This document shows positions 36,852-51,900 of a stretch of DNA of 64,000 nt, one piece after another. The notes under the pieces are model-generated. The model saw only the letters and a program-made list of their open reading frames with translations, was not told the DNA's origin and did not search any database. Each line of letters opens with the position of its first letter. Positions within the stretch are counted from its first letter, which is position 1. This DNA is from Balanoglossus misakiensis (taxonomy: Eukaryota > Animalia > Hemichordata). Position numbers and translations under genes: made by a program. The stretch spans positions 15,848,550 through 15,912,549 of the forward strand of contig CM082579.2 in the NCBI GenBank assembly GCA_040954595.2. The letters run 5' to 3'.

Positions 36852-39800
36852 TAGAGAAAGCCCGAATTTAACCAGGGCGTTTCAAACACCGACGTTAGTT
36901 GGGGGCACGGCCTGCAGTACTGCCGGGTAAGCTGACATCGGCGTACCGCATATAATGTAGGGGGGGGGACAGAACGGTTCATTACTACATTTATTAAATA
37001 TCAGCTAATTTTGGACAATCATCTAAAATCTAAATCATTTTTTCATATTTGGATATCTGATGATGTATGAAATTTCCATTATATGTAAAAATGGTGCTGA
37101 TTATAAAAAATGCACTCTGAATGAGCTGATTTAATACAAAATTGCGTTTTATTCGTTTTTGCACCAAAAAGGTCATTTTTAGGCAAAACATTCTTTATTT
37201 TTTTAATTCGGTGACCTGATCATATATAAACAATTGCTTGTATGTTGAAATTTTTTATGACTTTTAAAAGCAGTGACACTGGCGGCATTCAACACGAAAA
37301 TAACAATTTTAGCCACAATTTGGTCAAAATGGTAAATTTTTGAAAATTACAAAAAATACATGTTTTCTACATTTTCGGAAATCTGATGGAGTATAGAATG
37401 CTCTTCGTATGTATATATCGATACAAATTCCACAAAAGACCGTCTAATTTGGCTCACTGCAGACAAAATTGCGTTTTACCAAATTTTCCTTGAAAATGTC
37501 ATTTTTAGAAAAAAAATAAGAATAAATTCTTTTCTTAGTTTCAAACGGGTAGAGATACTTTCCACACGGGTTTTCTAACATTGAATTCCCGTTCATCAAC
37601 TCAGATTTCCTACAGCATAAGTAGGCTAAAACCCTGAGACTTTAGAGCAGAAACAGTTGCACACTGGTAACGTTGAACAAGTCGATTTTTCTACGGCCTG
37701 GCTCGGCTAAATCTCCGTCACAATATGACAGACACTATCGTACGTTAGCAATGGTGATCAAGTCAGATTTTCTACGGCATGGCTTGGATAAAGCCCCGGC
37801 ACTCTAGAGCAGAAACACGCGTACAGAGACCACGTTGATCTACTCACATTCCCTTCGGCCTGGCACGGCTGATGCCCCGGCACTATATATAGGACACAGA
37901 CTGGCGTAAGTTAACAACGGTAATCACGTCGGGTTTCCTACGGCCTGGCTCAGCTGAAGCCCCGGCACTCTAGAGCAGAAACAGGCGTACATTGACCACG
38001 TTGATCAAGTCAGATTTCCTACGGCGTGACTCGGCTGGTGCACCGGCTCTATATGACACAGACTGGCGTAAGTTATCAACGGTGATTACGTCGGATTTCC
38101 TACGGCATGGTTTAGCTAAAGCCCCGGCACTTTAGAGCAGAAACAGGCGTACATTGACCACGTTGATCAAGTCAGATTTCCTACGGTGTGACTCGGCTGG
38201 TGCACCGGTTCTATATGACACAGACTGGCGTGAGTTATCAACGGTGATTACGCCGGATTTCCTACGGCATGGTTTAGCTGAAGCCCCGGCACTTTAGAGC
38301 GGAAACACGCGTACATTGACCACGATGATCAAGTCAGATCTCCTACGGCCTGGCTCGACTAAAACCCCGGCACACCATGACAGACACTAGCGTTCGTTAG
38401 CAACGGTGATCAAGTCGGATTTCCTTCGGCCTGGCTCTGCAAAAGACCCGACACATTAGTACAAAGACGTTGGCTAAGTCGGGCAAACCGAAGAGGGAAA
38501 GTCACAGCGGGTCAACACTCGACATTTGTTCGGGTAGGACTGCATTATTGCCTGTCAATTTATAGAGAAAGCCCGAATTTAACCAGGGCGTTTCAAACAC
38601 CGACGTTATTTGGGGGCACGGCCTGCAGTACTGCCGGGTAAGCTGACATCGGCGTACCGCATATAATGTAGGGGGGGGGGGGACAGAACGGTTCAATACT
38701 ACATTTATTAGATATCAGCTAATTTTGGACAATCATCTAAAATCTAAATCATTTTTTCATATTTGGATATCTGATGATGTATGAAATTTCCATTATATGT
38801 AAAAATGGTGCTGATTATAAAAAATGCACTCTGAATGAGCTGATTTAATACAAAATTGCGTTTTATTCGTTTTTGCACCAAAAAGGTCATTTTTAGGCAA
38901 AACATTCTTTATTTTTTTAATTCGGTGACCTGATCATATATAAGCAATTGCTTGCATGTTAAAAGTTTTTATGACTTTTAAAAGCAGTGACACTGGCGGC
39001 ATTCAACACGAAAATAACAATTTTAACCACAATTTGGTCAAAATGGTAAATTTTTGAAAATTACAAAAAATACCTGTTTTCTACATTTTCGGAAATCTGA
39101 TGGAGTATAGAATGCTCTTCGTATATATATATCGATACCAATTCCACAAAAGACCATCTAATTTGGCTCACTGCAGACAAAATTGCGTTTTACCAAATTT
39201 TCCTTGAAAATGTCATTTTTAGAAAAATAAAATAAAAAAACCTTCGTTCTTTGAATTTGGTGCCCTCATCATATATGACATGTTGATTGTATGTTAAAAC
39301 TTTTGACCACTCCAAAAATGCAGAGATATTGACGGAATTCAAGAAAAAATAGCCATTTTGGCCATATTTTGACAAAATGGTAAATTTTTAAAAAATCATA
39401 AAAAATAAAACTCTTTTCTGCATTTTCGGAAATATTATGGAGCATGAAGTGTCGTTCTCTTGTAAAAAGTGCTGCAAATTCCAGAAAATGTGGTATAATT
39501 TGAATCACCCAAGACAAAATTACCATTTTCGACTTGTTTTCGAAAAATTGTCTTTTTTACAAAATAAATAAGAATAAATTCTTTTCTTAGTTTCAAACGG
39601 GTAGAGATACTTTCCACACGGGTTTTCTAACATTGAATTCCCGTTCATCAACTCAGATTTCCTATAGCATAAGTCGGCTAAAACCCAGACACTCTAGAGC
39701 AGAAACAGTTGCACACTGGTAACGTTGAACAAGTCGATTTTTCTACGGCCTGGCTCGGCTAAATCTCCGTCACAATATGACAGACACTAGCGTACGTTAG

Positions 39801-39956
39801 CAACGGTGATCAAGTCAGATTTTCTACGGCATGGCTTGGATAAAGCCCCGGCACTCTAGAGCAGAAACACGCGTACAGAGACCACGTTGATGAAGTCTGA
39901 TCTCCTACGGCTTGGCTCGACTAAAACCCCGGCACACTATGACAGACACTTGCGTT

Positions 39957-40143
39957 ATTATTATTATTATTATTAAGAATTGTTTAAAATGCGCTACACA
40001 TACGTCTCAGCGCATTGTGCACAGCTAAAACAGTAGATTAAAAAATACAAGGCTGGTAAAAATAGTTAAAAGGACACAATCGAACACGTTACACATAAAA
40101 CCGAGTAAAAAGGTATGTTTTCAAATTACGCTTAAAAATATTG
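39957..40143 (-). mobile_element. Truncated L2-like LINE (copy 2)
   Basis: Same sequence and same satellite position as 29617-29803. Confidence 0.8.
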
Positions 40144-42812
40144 AGCGTTCGTTAGCAACGTTGATCAAGTCAGATTTCCTACGGCATGGCTTTGCTAAAG
40201 CCCTGACACTCTAGAGCAGAAACACGCGTACAGAGACCACGTTGATCGACTAACATTTCCTTCGGCCTGGCACGGCTGATGCCCCGGCACTATATATAGG
40301 ACACAGACTGGCGTAAGTTAACAACGGTAATCACGTCGGGTTTCCTACGGCCTGGCTCAGCTGAAGCCCCGGCACTCTAGAGCAGAAACAGGCGTACATT
40401 GACCACGTTGATCAAGTCAGATTTCCTACGGCGTGACTCGGCTGGTGAACCGGCTCTATATGACACAGACTGGCGTAAGTTATCAACGGTGATTACGTCG
40501 GATTTCCTACGGCCTGGTTTAGCTGAAGCCCCGGCACTTTAGAGCGGAAACACGCGTACATTGACCACGATGATCAAGGCAGATCTCCTACGGCCTGGTT
40601 CGACTAAAACCCCGGCACACCATGACAGACACTAGCGTTCGTTAGCAACGGTGATCAAGTCGGATTTCCTTCGGCCTGGATCTGCAAAAGACCCGACACT
40701 CTAGTACAAAGACGTTGGCTAAGTCGGGCAAACCGAAGAGGGAAAGTCACAGCGGGTCAACACTCGACATTTGTTCCGGTAGGACTGCATTATTGCCTGT
40801 CAATTTATAGAGAAAGCCCGAATTTAACCAGGGCGTTACAAACACCGACGTTAGTTGGGGGCAAGGCCTGCAGTACTTCCGGGTAAGCTGACATCGGCGT
40901 ACCGCATATGATATAGGGGGGGGGGGGGGGGGAAACAGAACGGTTCAATACTACATTTATTAGATATCAGCTAATTTTGGACAATCATCTAAAATCTAAA
41001 TCATTTTTTCATATTTGGATATCTGATGATGTATGAAATTTCCATTATATGTAAAAATGGTGTTGATTATAAAAAATGCACTCTGAATGAACTGATTTAA
41101 TACAAAATTACGTTTTATTCGTTTTTGCACCTAAAAGGTCATTTTTAGGCAAAACATTCTTTATTTTTTTAATTCGGTGACCTGATCATATATAAAGAAT
41201 GGCTTGTATGTTAAAAGTTTTTATGACTTTTAAAAGCAGTGACACTGGCGGCATTCAACACGAAAATAACAATTTTAGCCACAATTTGGTCAAAATGGTA
41301 AATTTTTGAAAATTACAAAAAATACATGTTTTCTACATTTTCGGAAATCTGATGGAGTATAGAATGCTCTTCGTATGTATATATCGATACAAATTCCACA
41401 AAAGACCGTCTAATTTGGCTCACTGCAGACAAAATTGCGTTTTACCAAATTTTCCTTGAAAATGTCATTTTTAGAAAAAAAATAAGAATAAATTCTTTTC
41501 TTAGTTTCAAACGGGTAGAGATACTTTCCACACGGGTTTTCTAACATTGAATTCCCGTTCATCAACTCAGATTTCCTACAGCATAAGTCGGCTAAAACCC
41601 TGAGACTTTAGAGCAGAAACAGTTGCACACTGGTAACGTTGAACAAGTCGATTTTTCTACGGCCTGGCTCGGCTAAATCTCCGTCACAATATGACAGACA
41701 CTATCGTACGTTAGCAATGGTGATCAAGTCAGATTTTCTACGGCATGGCTTGGATAAAGCCCCGGCACTCTAGAGCAGAAACACGCGTACAGAGACCACG
41801 TTGATCTACTCACATTTCCTTCGGCCTGGCACGGCTGATGCCCCGGCACTATATATAGGACACAGACTGGCGTAAGTTAACAACGGTAATCACGTCGGGT
41901 TTCCTACGGCCTGGCTCAGCTGAAGCCCCGGCACTCTAGAGCAGAAACAGGCGTACATTGACCACGTTGATCAAGTCAGATTTCCTACGGCGTGACTCGG
42001 CTGGTGCACCGGCTCTATATGACACAGACTGGCGTAAGTTATCAACGGTGATTACGTCGGATTTCCTACGGCATGGTTTAGCTAAAGCCCCGGCACTTTA
42101 GAGCAGAAACAGGCGTACATTGACCACGTTGATCAAGTCAGATTTCCTACGGTGTGACTCGGCTGGTGCACCGGTTCTATATGACACAGACTGGCGTGAG
42201 TTATCAACGGTGATTACGCCGGATTTCCTACGGCATGGTTTAGCTGAAGCCCCGGCACTTTAGAGCGGAAACACGCGTACATTGACCACGATGATCAAGT
42301 CAGATCTCCTACGGCCTGGCTCGACTAAAACCCCGGCACACCATGACAGACACTAGCGTTCGTTAGCAACGGTGATCAAGTCGGATTTCCTTCGGCCTGG
42401 CTCTGCAAAAGACCCGACACATTAGTACAAAGACGTTGGCTAAGTCGGGCAAACCGAAGAGGGAAAGTCACAGCGGGTCAACACTCGACATTTGTTCGGG
42501 TAGGACTGCATTATTGCCTGTCAATTTATAGAGAAAGCCCGAATTTAACCAGGGCGTTTCAAACACCGACGTTATTTGGGGGCACGGCCTGCAGTACTGC
42601 CGGGTAAGCTGACATCGGCGTACCGCATATAATGTAGGGGGGGGGGACAGAACGGTTCAATACTACATTTATTAGATATCAGCTAATTTTGGACAATCAT
42701 CTAAAATCTAAATCATTTTTTCATATTTGGATATCTGATGATGTATGAAATTTCCATTATATGTAAAAATGGTGCTGATTATAAAAAATGCACTCTGAAT
42801 GAGCTGATTTAA

Positions 42813-44641
42813 AGTGAACCGACACCTTCCTTGTAGAGAGATTCTAATAAAATCTTTGTGAAAAACATGAGTGATTTGCGTCGTTTTTATTCACTTTCAC
42901 TTATCGCGCAGCAGCGTAGCGTCGATCTCGATATGCAGTGGGACGTCACCAACTACGCACCAGTAGCAGACGCCACCGTGCGCACGCTAACGTACACAGA
43001 CAGTTGACATGGCTGGCTCCCTCGCAAGTGGGAGCAAAAACAGAGTTGGCAAAAACACGGTGAAAGGTTTTATAAGAGTTCCCGACCCTTCGGTGGACAG
43101 TCAAAATGCAAATCGACCTGAAAAATGGGTGTCAAACATTGGCATATTATTTCGGTGCTTATTGCTGAGACAGATGATACTTTTGCTTCGGAAATGTTCG
43201 TGTTCAACTAGGCCCTATATCGTGAAGCATATTGCAAAAAAAAACAAAAAAACTACACAGCAAAAATTGTCGAAACAGCCGGGGCTCCTGATTTCCTTTG
43301 ATCACCATATGACGAAACCGAATTTTTGGCACTGTAAATCAAAACTCTGATCGGAAGAAAGTAGTGTGGCGGAAATAGGCCTACTAGTGAACACTGTTTT
43401 TGTCGCGTACCCAAGCTGTGAATGCATCGCAAAACCATTTCCAAAGACAAAAACGACCACGCGATATTGAGTTTTCAAACGAAGATATCGTCGGATTTTT
43501 GTACGAACCCGAATACAGCAGCGATGAGATGGTAGGCGACTCAAGTGAAACTGATTCCAATAGTACAGAGGCAAGTGTAGACAGCAAAGATGACCGAGAA
43601 GAGTGATCGGCTTCGTCTTTCATCACGCTCATGCTCATGGTGTAGCTGCGCTGCGGTAAATGCGAAGTTATTTCTACTGTCAAGGAATGCCGGTGCTGCC
43701 ATGAAATAGATGTCTTGACAAGGCAGTTAGATAAAGACTTGAATGACATATCACGAAGCCATGCGATAATTTTTGACATTTAGTCACCCATGTCATAATA
43801 GGGACCCTCGTGATTTCCCAAAAGAATAGAAAGTAAGCCTATTGTCACTCTCGCGAAAATGTCTACCACACGTGTCTACCATCCTTTACGTTGATCAACA
43901 GCTGTGAAAAGATGCGGCTTTGTTGATCAAAGGGAGGCAGAAACTCCGATTGTCATGTTTCGAGTACATCTGTGGTGCTTCCAGATGGTAGAGGTGGTCG
44001 TTTTTGTCTTTGGAAATGGTTTTGCGATGCATTCACAGCTTGGGTACGCGACAAAAACAGTGTTCACTAGTAGGCCTATTTCCGCCACACTACTTTCTCC
44101 CGATCAGAGTTTTGATTTACAGTGCCAAAAATTCGGTTTCGTCATATGGTGATCAAAGGAAATCAGGAGCCCCGGCTGTTTCGACAATTTTTGCTGTGTA
44201 GTTTTTTTTTTTTTTTTTGCAATATGCTTCACGATATAGGGCCTAGTTGAACACGAACATTTCCGAAGCAAAAGTATCATCTGTCTCAGCAATAAGCACC
44301 GAAATAATATGCCAATGTTTGACACCCATTTTTCAGGTCGATTTGCATTTTGACTGTCCACCGAAGGGTCGGGAACTCTTATAAAACCTTTCACCGTGTT
44401 TTTGCCAACTCTGTTTTTGCTCCCACTTGCGAGGGAGCCAGCCATGTCAACTGTCTGTGTACGTTAGCGTGCGCACGGTGGCGTCTGCTACTGGTGCGTA
44501 GTTGGTGACGTCACACTGCATATCGAGATCGACGCTACGCTGCTGCGCGATAAATGAAAGTGAATAAAAACGACGCAAATCACTCATGTTTTTCACAAAG
44601 ATTTTATTAGAATCTCTCTACAAGGAAGGTGTCGGTTCACT
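42813..44641. mobile_element. Non-autonomous Kolobok-like foldback DNA transposon
   Basis: AG..CT termini with TTAA TSD (42809-42812, 44642-44645); ~650-bp near-perfect inverted arms (42813-~43460 and ~43995-44641). Confidence 0.85.
43489..43760 (+). pseudogene. Remnant of Kolobok accessory protein KolX (P2X7 C-terminal ballast-like Cys-rich domain)
   Basis: FLYEPEYSSDE followed by WCSCGKCEVISTVKECRCCHEI once a 5-bp GCTGC duplication is removed. Confidence 0.6.
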
Positions 44642-45753
44642 TTAATACAAAATTGCGTTTTATTCGTTTTTGCACCAAAAAGGTCATTTTTAGGCAAAAC
44701 ATTCTTTATTTTTTTAATTCGGTGACCTGATCATATATAAGCAATTGCTTGCATGTTAAAAGTTTTTATGACTTTTAAAAGCAGTGACACTGGCGGCATT
44801 CAACACGAAAATAACAATTTTAACCACAATTTGGTCAAAATGGTAAATTTTTGAAAATTACAAAAAATACCTGTTTTCTACATTTTCGGAAATCTGATGG
44901 AGTATAGAATGCTCTTCGTATATATATATCGATACCAATTCCACAAAAGACCATCTAATTTGGCTCACTGCAGACAAAATTGCGTTTTACCAAATTTTCC
45001 TTGAAAATGTCATTTTTAGAAAAATAAAATAAAAAAACCTTCGTTCTTTGAATTTGGTGCCCTCATCATATATGACATGTTGATTGTATGTTAAAACTTT
45101 CGACCACTCCAAAAATGCAGAGATATTGACGGAATTCAAGAAAAAATAGCCATTTTGGCCATATTTTGACAAAATGGTAAATTTTTAAAAAATCATAAAA
45201 AATAAAACTCTTTTCTGCATTTTCGGAAATATTATGGAGCATGAAGTGTCGTTCTCTTGTAAAAAGTGCTGCAAATTCCAGAAAATGTGGTATAATTTGA
45301 ATCACCCAAGACAAAATTACCATTTTCGACTTGTTTTCGAAAAATTGTCTTTTTTACAAAATAAATAAGAATAAATTCTTTTCTTAGTTTCAAACGGGTA
45401 GAGATACTTTCCACACGGGTTTTCTAACATTGAATTCCCGTTCATCAACTCAGATTTCCTATAGCATAAGTCGGCTAAAACCCAGACACTCTAGAGCAGA
45501 AACAGTTGCACACTGGTAACGTTGAACAAGTCGATTTTTCTACGGCCTGGCTCGGCTAAATCTCCGTCACAATATGACAGACACTAGCGTACGTTAGCAA
45601 CGGTGATCAAGTCAGATTTTCTACGGCATGGCTTGGATAAAGCCCCGGCACTCTAGAGCAGAAACACGCGTACAGAGACCACGTTGATGAAGTCTGATCT
45701 CCTACGGCTTGGCTCGACTAAAACCCCGGCACACTATGACAGACACTTGCGTT

Positions 45754-45940
45754 ATTATTATTATTATTATTAAGAATTGTTTAAAATGCGCTACACATAC
45801 GTCTCAGCGCATTGTGCACAGCTAAAACAGTAGATTAAAAAATACAAGGCTGGTAAAAATAGTTAAAAGGACACAATCGAACACGTTACACATAAAACCG
45901 AGTAAAAAGGTATGTTTTCAAATTACGCTTAAAAATATTG
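45754..45940 (-). mobile_element. Truncated L2-like LINE (copy 3)
   Basis: Same sequence and satellite position; shares the TGCGTT left-TSD variant with copy 2. Confidence 0.8.
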
Positions 45941-48900
45941 AGCGTTCGTTAGCAACGTTGATCAAGTCAGATTTCCTACGGCATGGCTTTGCTAAAGCCC
46001 TGACACTCTAGAGCAGAAACACGCGTACAGAGACCACGTTGATCGACTAACATTTCCTTCGGCCTGGCACGGCTGATGCCCCGGCACTATATATAGGACA
46101 CAGACTGGCGTAAGTTAACAACGGTAATCACGTCGGGTTTCCTACGGCCTGGCTCAGCTGAAGCCCCGGCACTCTAGAGCAGAAACAGGCGTACATTGAC
46201 CACGTTGATCAAGTCAGATTTCCTACGGCGTGACTCGGCTGGTGAACCGGCTCTATATGACACAGACTGGCGTAAGTTATCAACGGTGATTACGTCGGAT
46301 TTCCTACGGCCTGGTTTAGCTGAAGCCCCGGCACTTTAGAGCGGAAACACGCGTACATTGACCACGATGATCAAGGCAGATCTCCTACGGCCTGGTTCGA
46401 CTAAAACCCCGGCACACCATGACAGACACTAGCGTTCGTTAGCAACGGTGATCAAGTCGGATTTCCTTCGGCCTGGCTCTGCAAAAGACCCGACACTCTA
46501 GTACAAAGACGTTGGCTAAGTCGGGCAAACCGAAGAGGGAAAGTCACAGCGGGTCAACACTCGACATTTGTACCGGTAGGACTGCATTATTGCCTGTCAA
46601 TTTATAGAGAAAGCCCGAATTTAACCAGGGCGTTACAAACACCGACGTTAGTTGGGGGCAAGGCCTGCAGTACTTCCGGGTAAGCTGACATCGGCGTACC
46701 GCATATGATATAGGGGGGGGGGGGGGGAAACAGAACGGTTCAATACTACATTTATTAGATATCAGCTAATTTTGGACAATCATCTAAAATCTAAATCATT
46801 TTTTCATATTTGGATATCTGATGATGTATGAAATTTCCATTATATGTAAAAATGGTGCTGATTATAAAAAATGCACTCTGAATGAACTGATTTAATACAA
46901 AATTACGTTTTATTCGTTTTTGCACCTAAAAGGTCATTTTTAGGCAAAACATTCTTTATTTTTTTAATTCGGTGACCTGATCATATATAAAGAATGGCTT
47001 GTATGTTAAAAGTTTTTATGACTTTTAAAAGCAGTGACACTGGCGGCATTCAACACGAAAATAACAATTTTAGCCATAATTTGGTCAAAATGGTAAATTT
47101 TTGAAAATTACAAAAAATACCTGTTTTCTACATTTTCGGAAATCTGATGGAGTATAGAATGCTCTTCGTATGTATATATCGATACAAATTCCACAAAAGA
47201 CAATCTAATTTGGCTCACTGCAGACAAAATTGCGTTTTACCAAATGTTCCTTGAAAATGTCATTTTTAGAAAAAAAATAAGAATAAATTCTTTTCTTAGT
47301 TTCAAACGGGTAGAGATACTTTCCACACGGGTTTTCTAACATTGAATTCCCGTTCATCAACTCAGATTTCCTACAGCATAAGTCGGCTAAAACCCTGAGA
47401 CTTTAGAGCAGAAACAGTTGCACACTGGTAACGTTGAACAAGTCGATTTTTCTACGGCCTGGCTCGGCTAAATCTCCGTCACAATATGACAGACACTATC
47501 GTACGTTAGCAACGGTGATCAAGTCAGATTTTCTACGGCATGGCTTGGATAAAGCCCCGGCACTCTAGAGCAGAAACACGCGTACAGAGACCACGTTGAT
47601 CTACTCACATTTCCTTCGGCCTGGCACGGCTGATGCCCCGGCACTATATATAGGACACAGACTGGCGTAAGTTAACAACGGTAATCACGTCGGGTTTCCT
47701 ACGGCCTGGCTCAGCTGAAGCCCCGGCACTCTAGAGCAGAAACAGGCGTACATTGACCACGTTGATCAAGTCAGATTTCCTACGGCGTGACTCGGCTGGT
47801 GCACCGGCTCTATATGACACAGACTGGCGTAAGTTATCAACGGTGATTACGTCGGATTTCCTACGGCATGGTTTAGCTGAAGCCCCGGCACTTTAGAGCG
47901 GAAACACGCGTACATTGACCACGATGATCAAGTCAGATCTCCTACGGCCTGGCTCGACTAAAACCCCGGCACACCATGACAGACACTAGCGTTCGTTAGC
48001 AACGGTGATCAAGTCGGATTTCCTTCGGCCTGGCTCTGCAAAAGACCCGACACATTAGTACAAAGACGTTGGCTAAGTCGGGCAAACCGAAGAGGGAAAG
48101 TCACAGCGGGTCAACACTCGACATTTGTTCGGGTAGGACTGCATTATTGCCTGTCAATTTATAGAGAAAGCCCGTATTTAACCAGGGCGTTTCAAACACC
48201 GACGTTATTTGGGGGCACGGCCTGCAGTACTGCCGGGTAAGCTGACATCGGCGTACCGCATATAATGTAGGGGGGGGGGGGACAGAACGGTTCAATACTA
48301 CATTTATTAGATATCAGCTAATTTTGGACAATCATCTAAAATCTAAATCATTTTTTCATATTTGGATATCTGATGATGTATGAAATTTCCATTATATGTA
48401 AAAATGGTGCTGATTATAAAAAATGCACTCTGAATGAGCTGATTTAATACAAAATTGCGTTTTATTCGTTTTTGCACCAAAAAGGTCATTTTTAGGCAAA
48501 ACATTCTTTATTTTTTTATTCGGTGACCTGATCATATATAAGCAATTGCTTGCATGTTAAAAGTTTTTATGACTTTTAAAAGCAGTGACACTGGCGGCAT
48601 TCAACACGAAAATAACAATTTTAACCACAATTTGGTCAAAATGGTAAATTTTTGAAAATTACAAAAAAATACCTGTTTTCTACAATTTCGGAAATCTGAT
48701 GGAGTATAGAATGCTCTTCGTATATATATATCGATACCAATTCCACAAAAGACCGTCTAATTTGGCTCACTGCAGACAAAATTGCGTTTTACCAAATTTT
48801 CCTTGAAAATGTCATTTTTAGAAAAATAAAATAAAAAAACCTTCGTTCTTCGAATTTAGTGCCCTGATCATATATGACATGTTGATTGTATGTTAAAACT

Positions 48901-51900
48901 TTCGACCACTCCAAAAATGCAGAGATATTGACGGAATTCAAGAAAAAATAGCCATTTTGGCCATATTTTGACAAAATGGTACATTTTTAAAAAATCATAA
49001 AAAATAAAACTCTTTTCTTCATTTTCGGAAATATTATGGAGCATGAAGTGTCGTTCTCTTGTAAAAAGTGCTGCAAATTCCAGAAAATGTGGTATAATTT
49101 GAATCACCCAAGACAAAATTACCATTTTCGACTTGTTTTCGAAAAATTGTCTTTTTTACAAAATAAATAAGAATAAATTCTTTTCTTAGTTTCAAACGGG
49201 TAGAGATACTTTCCACACGAGTTTTCTAACATTGAATTCCCGTTCATCAACTCAGATTTCCTACAGCATAAGTCGGCTAAAACCCTGACACTCTAGAGCA
49301 GAAACAGTTGCACACTGATAACGTTGAACAAGTCGATTTTTCTACGGCCTGGCTCGGCTAAATCTCGTCACAATATGACAGACACTAGCGTACGTTAGCA
49401 ACGGTGATCAAGTCAGATTTTCAACGGCATGGGTTGGATAAAGCGCCGGCACTCTAGAGCAGAAACACGCGTACAGAGACCACGTTGATCAAGTCTGATC
49501 TCCTACGGCTTGGCTCGACTAAAACCCCGGCACACTATGACAGACACTAGCGTTCGTTAGCAACGTTGATCAAGTCAGATTTCCTACGGCATGGCTTTGC
49601 TAAAGCCCTGACACTCTAGAGCAGAAACACGCGTACAGAGACCACGTTGATCTACTCACATTTCCATCGGCCTGGCACGGCTGATGCCCCGGCACTATAT
49701 ATAGGACACAGACTGGCGTAAGTTAACAACGGTGATTACGTCGGATTTCCTACGGCCTGGTTTAGCTGAAGCCCCGGCACTTTAGAGCGGAAACACGCGT
49801 ACATTGACCACGTTGATCAAGTCAGATTTCCTTCGGCGTGACTCGGCTGGTGCACCGGCTCTTTATGACACAGACTGGCGTAAGTTATCAACGGTGATTA
49901 CGTCGGATTTCCTACGGCCTGGTTTAGCTGAAGCCCCGGCACATTAGAGCGGAAACACGCGTACATTGACCACGATGATCAAGTCAGATCTCCTACAGCC
50001 TGGCTCGACTAAAACCCCGGCACACCATGACAGACACTAGCGTTCGTTAGCAACGGTGATCAAGTCGGATTTCCTTCGGCCTGGCTCTGCAAAAGACCCG
50101 ACACTCTAGTACAAAGACGTTGGCTAAGTCGGGCAAACCGAAGAGGGAAAGTCACAGCGGGTCAACACTCGACATTTGGTCGGGTAGGACTGCATTATTG
50201 CCTGTCAATTTATAGAGAAAGCCCGAATTTAACCAGGGCGTTCCAAACACCGACGTTAGTTGGGGGCACGGCCTGCAGTACTGCCGGGTAAGCTGACATC
50301 GGCGTACCGCATATAATGTAAGGGGGGGGGGGGACAGAACGGTTCAATACTACATTTATTAGATATCAGCTAATTTTGGACAATCATCTAAAATCTAAAT
50401 CATTTTTTCATATTTGGATATCTGATGATGTATGAAATTTCCATTATATGTAAAAATGGTGCTTATTATAAAACATGTACTCTGAATGAACTGATTTAAT
50501 ACAAGATTGCGTTTTATTCGTTTTTGCACCAAAAAGGTCATTTTTAGGCAAAACATTCTTTATATTTTTAATTCGGTGACCTGATCATATATAAACAATT
50601 GCTTGTATGTTAAAAGTTTTTATGACTTTTAAAAGCAGTGACACTGGCGGCATTCATCACGAAAATAACAATTTTAGCCACAATTTGGTCAAAATGGTAA
50701 ATTTTTGAAAATTACAAAAAATACCTGTTTTCTACATTTTCGGAAATCTGTTGGAGTATAGAATGCTCTTCGTATGTATATATCGATACAAATTCCACAA
50801 AAGACCGTCTAATTTGGCTCACTGCAGACAAAATTGCGTTTTACCAAATTTTCCTTGAAAATGTCATTTTTAGAAAAAAAAATAAAAAAACCTTTGTTCT
50901 TCGAATTTGGGGCCCTGATCATATATGACATGTTGATTGTATGTTAAAACTCTCGACCACTCCAAAAATGCAGAGATATTGACGGAATTCAAGAAAAATA
51001 GCCATTTTGGCCATATTTTGACAAAAATGGTAAATTTTTGAAAAATCATAAAAAATTAACTCTTTTCTTCATTTTCGGAAATATTATGGAGCATGAAGTG
51101 TCGTTCTCTTGCAAAAAGTGCTGCAAATTCCAGAAAAGGCGGTATAATTTGAATCACCCAAGACAAAATTACCATTTTCAACTTTTTTTCGAAAAATTGT
51201 CTTTTTTTACAAAATAAATAAGAATAAATTCTTTTCTTAGTTTCAAACGGGTAGAGATACTTTCCACACGGGTTTTCTAACATTGAATTCCCGTTCATCA
51301 ACTCAGATTTCCTACAGCATAAGTCGGCTAAAACCCTGACACTCTAGAGCAGAAACAGTTGCACACTGGTAACGTTGAACAAGTCGATTTTTCTACGACC
51401 TGGCTCGGCTAAATCTCCGTCACAATATGACAGACACTAGCGTACGTTAGCAACGGTGATCAAGTCAGATTTTCTACGGCATGGCTTGGATAAAGCCCCG
51501 GCACTCTAGAGCAGAAACACGCGTACAGAGACCACGTTGATCAAGTCTGATCTCCTACGGCTTGGCTCGACTAAAACCCCGGCACACTATGACAGACACT
51601 AGCGTTCGTTAGCAACTTTGATCAAGTGAGATTTCCTACGGCATGGCTTAACTAAAGCCCTGGCACTCTAGAGCAGAAACACGCGTACAGAGACCACGTT
51701 GATCTTCTCACATTTCCTTCGGCCTGGCACGGCTGATGCCCCGGCACTATATATAGGACACAGACTGGCGTAAGTTAACAACGGTAATCACGTCGGGTTT
51801 TCTTACGGCCTGGCTCAGCTGAAGCCCCGGCACTCTAGAGCAGAAACAGGCGTACATTGACCACGTTGATCAAGTCAGATTTCCTACGGCCCGACTCGGC

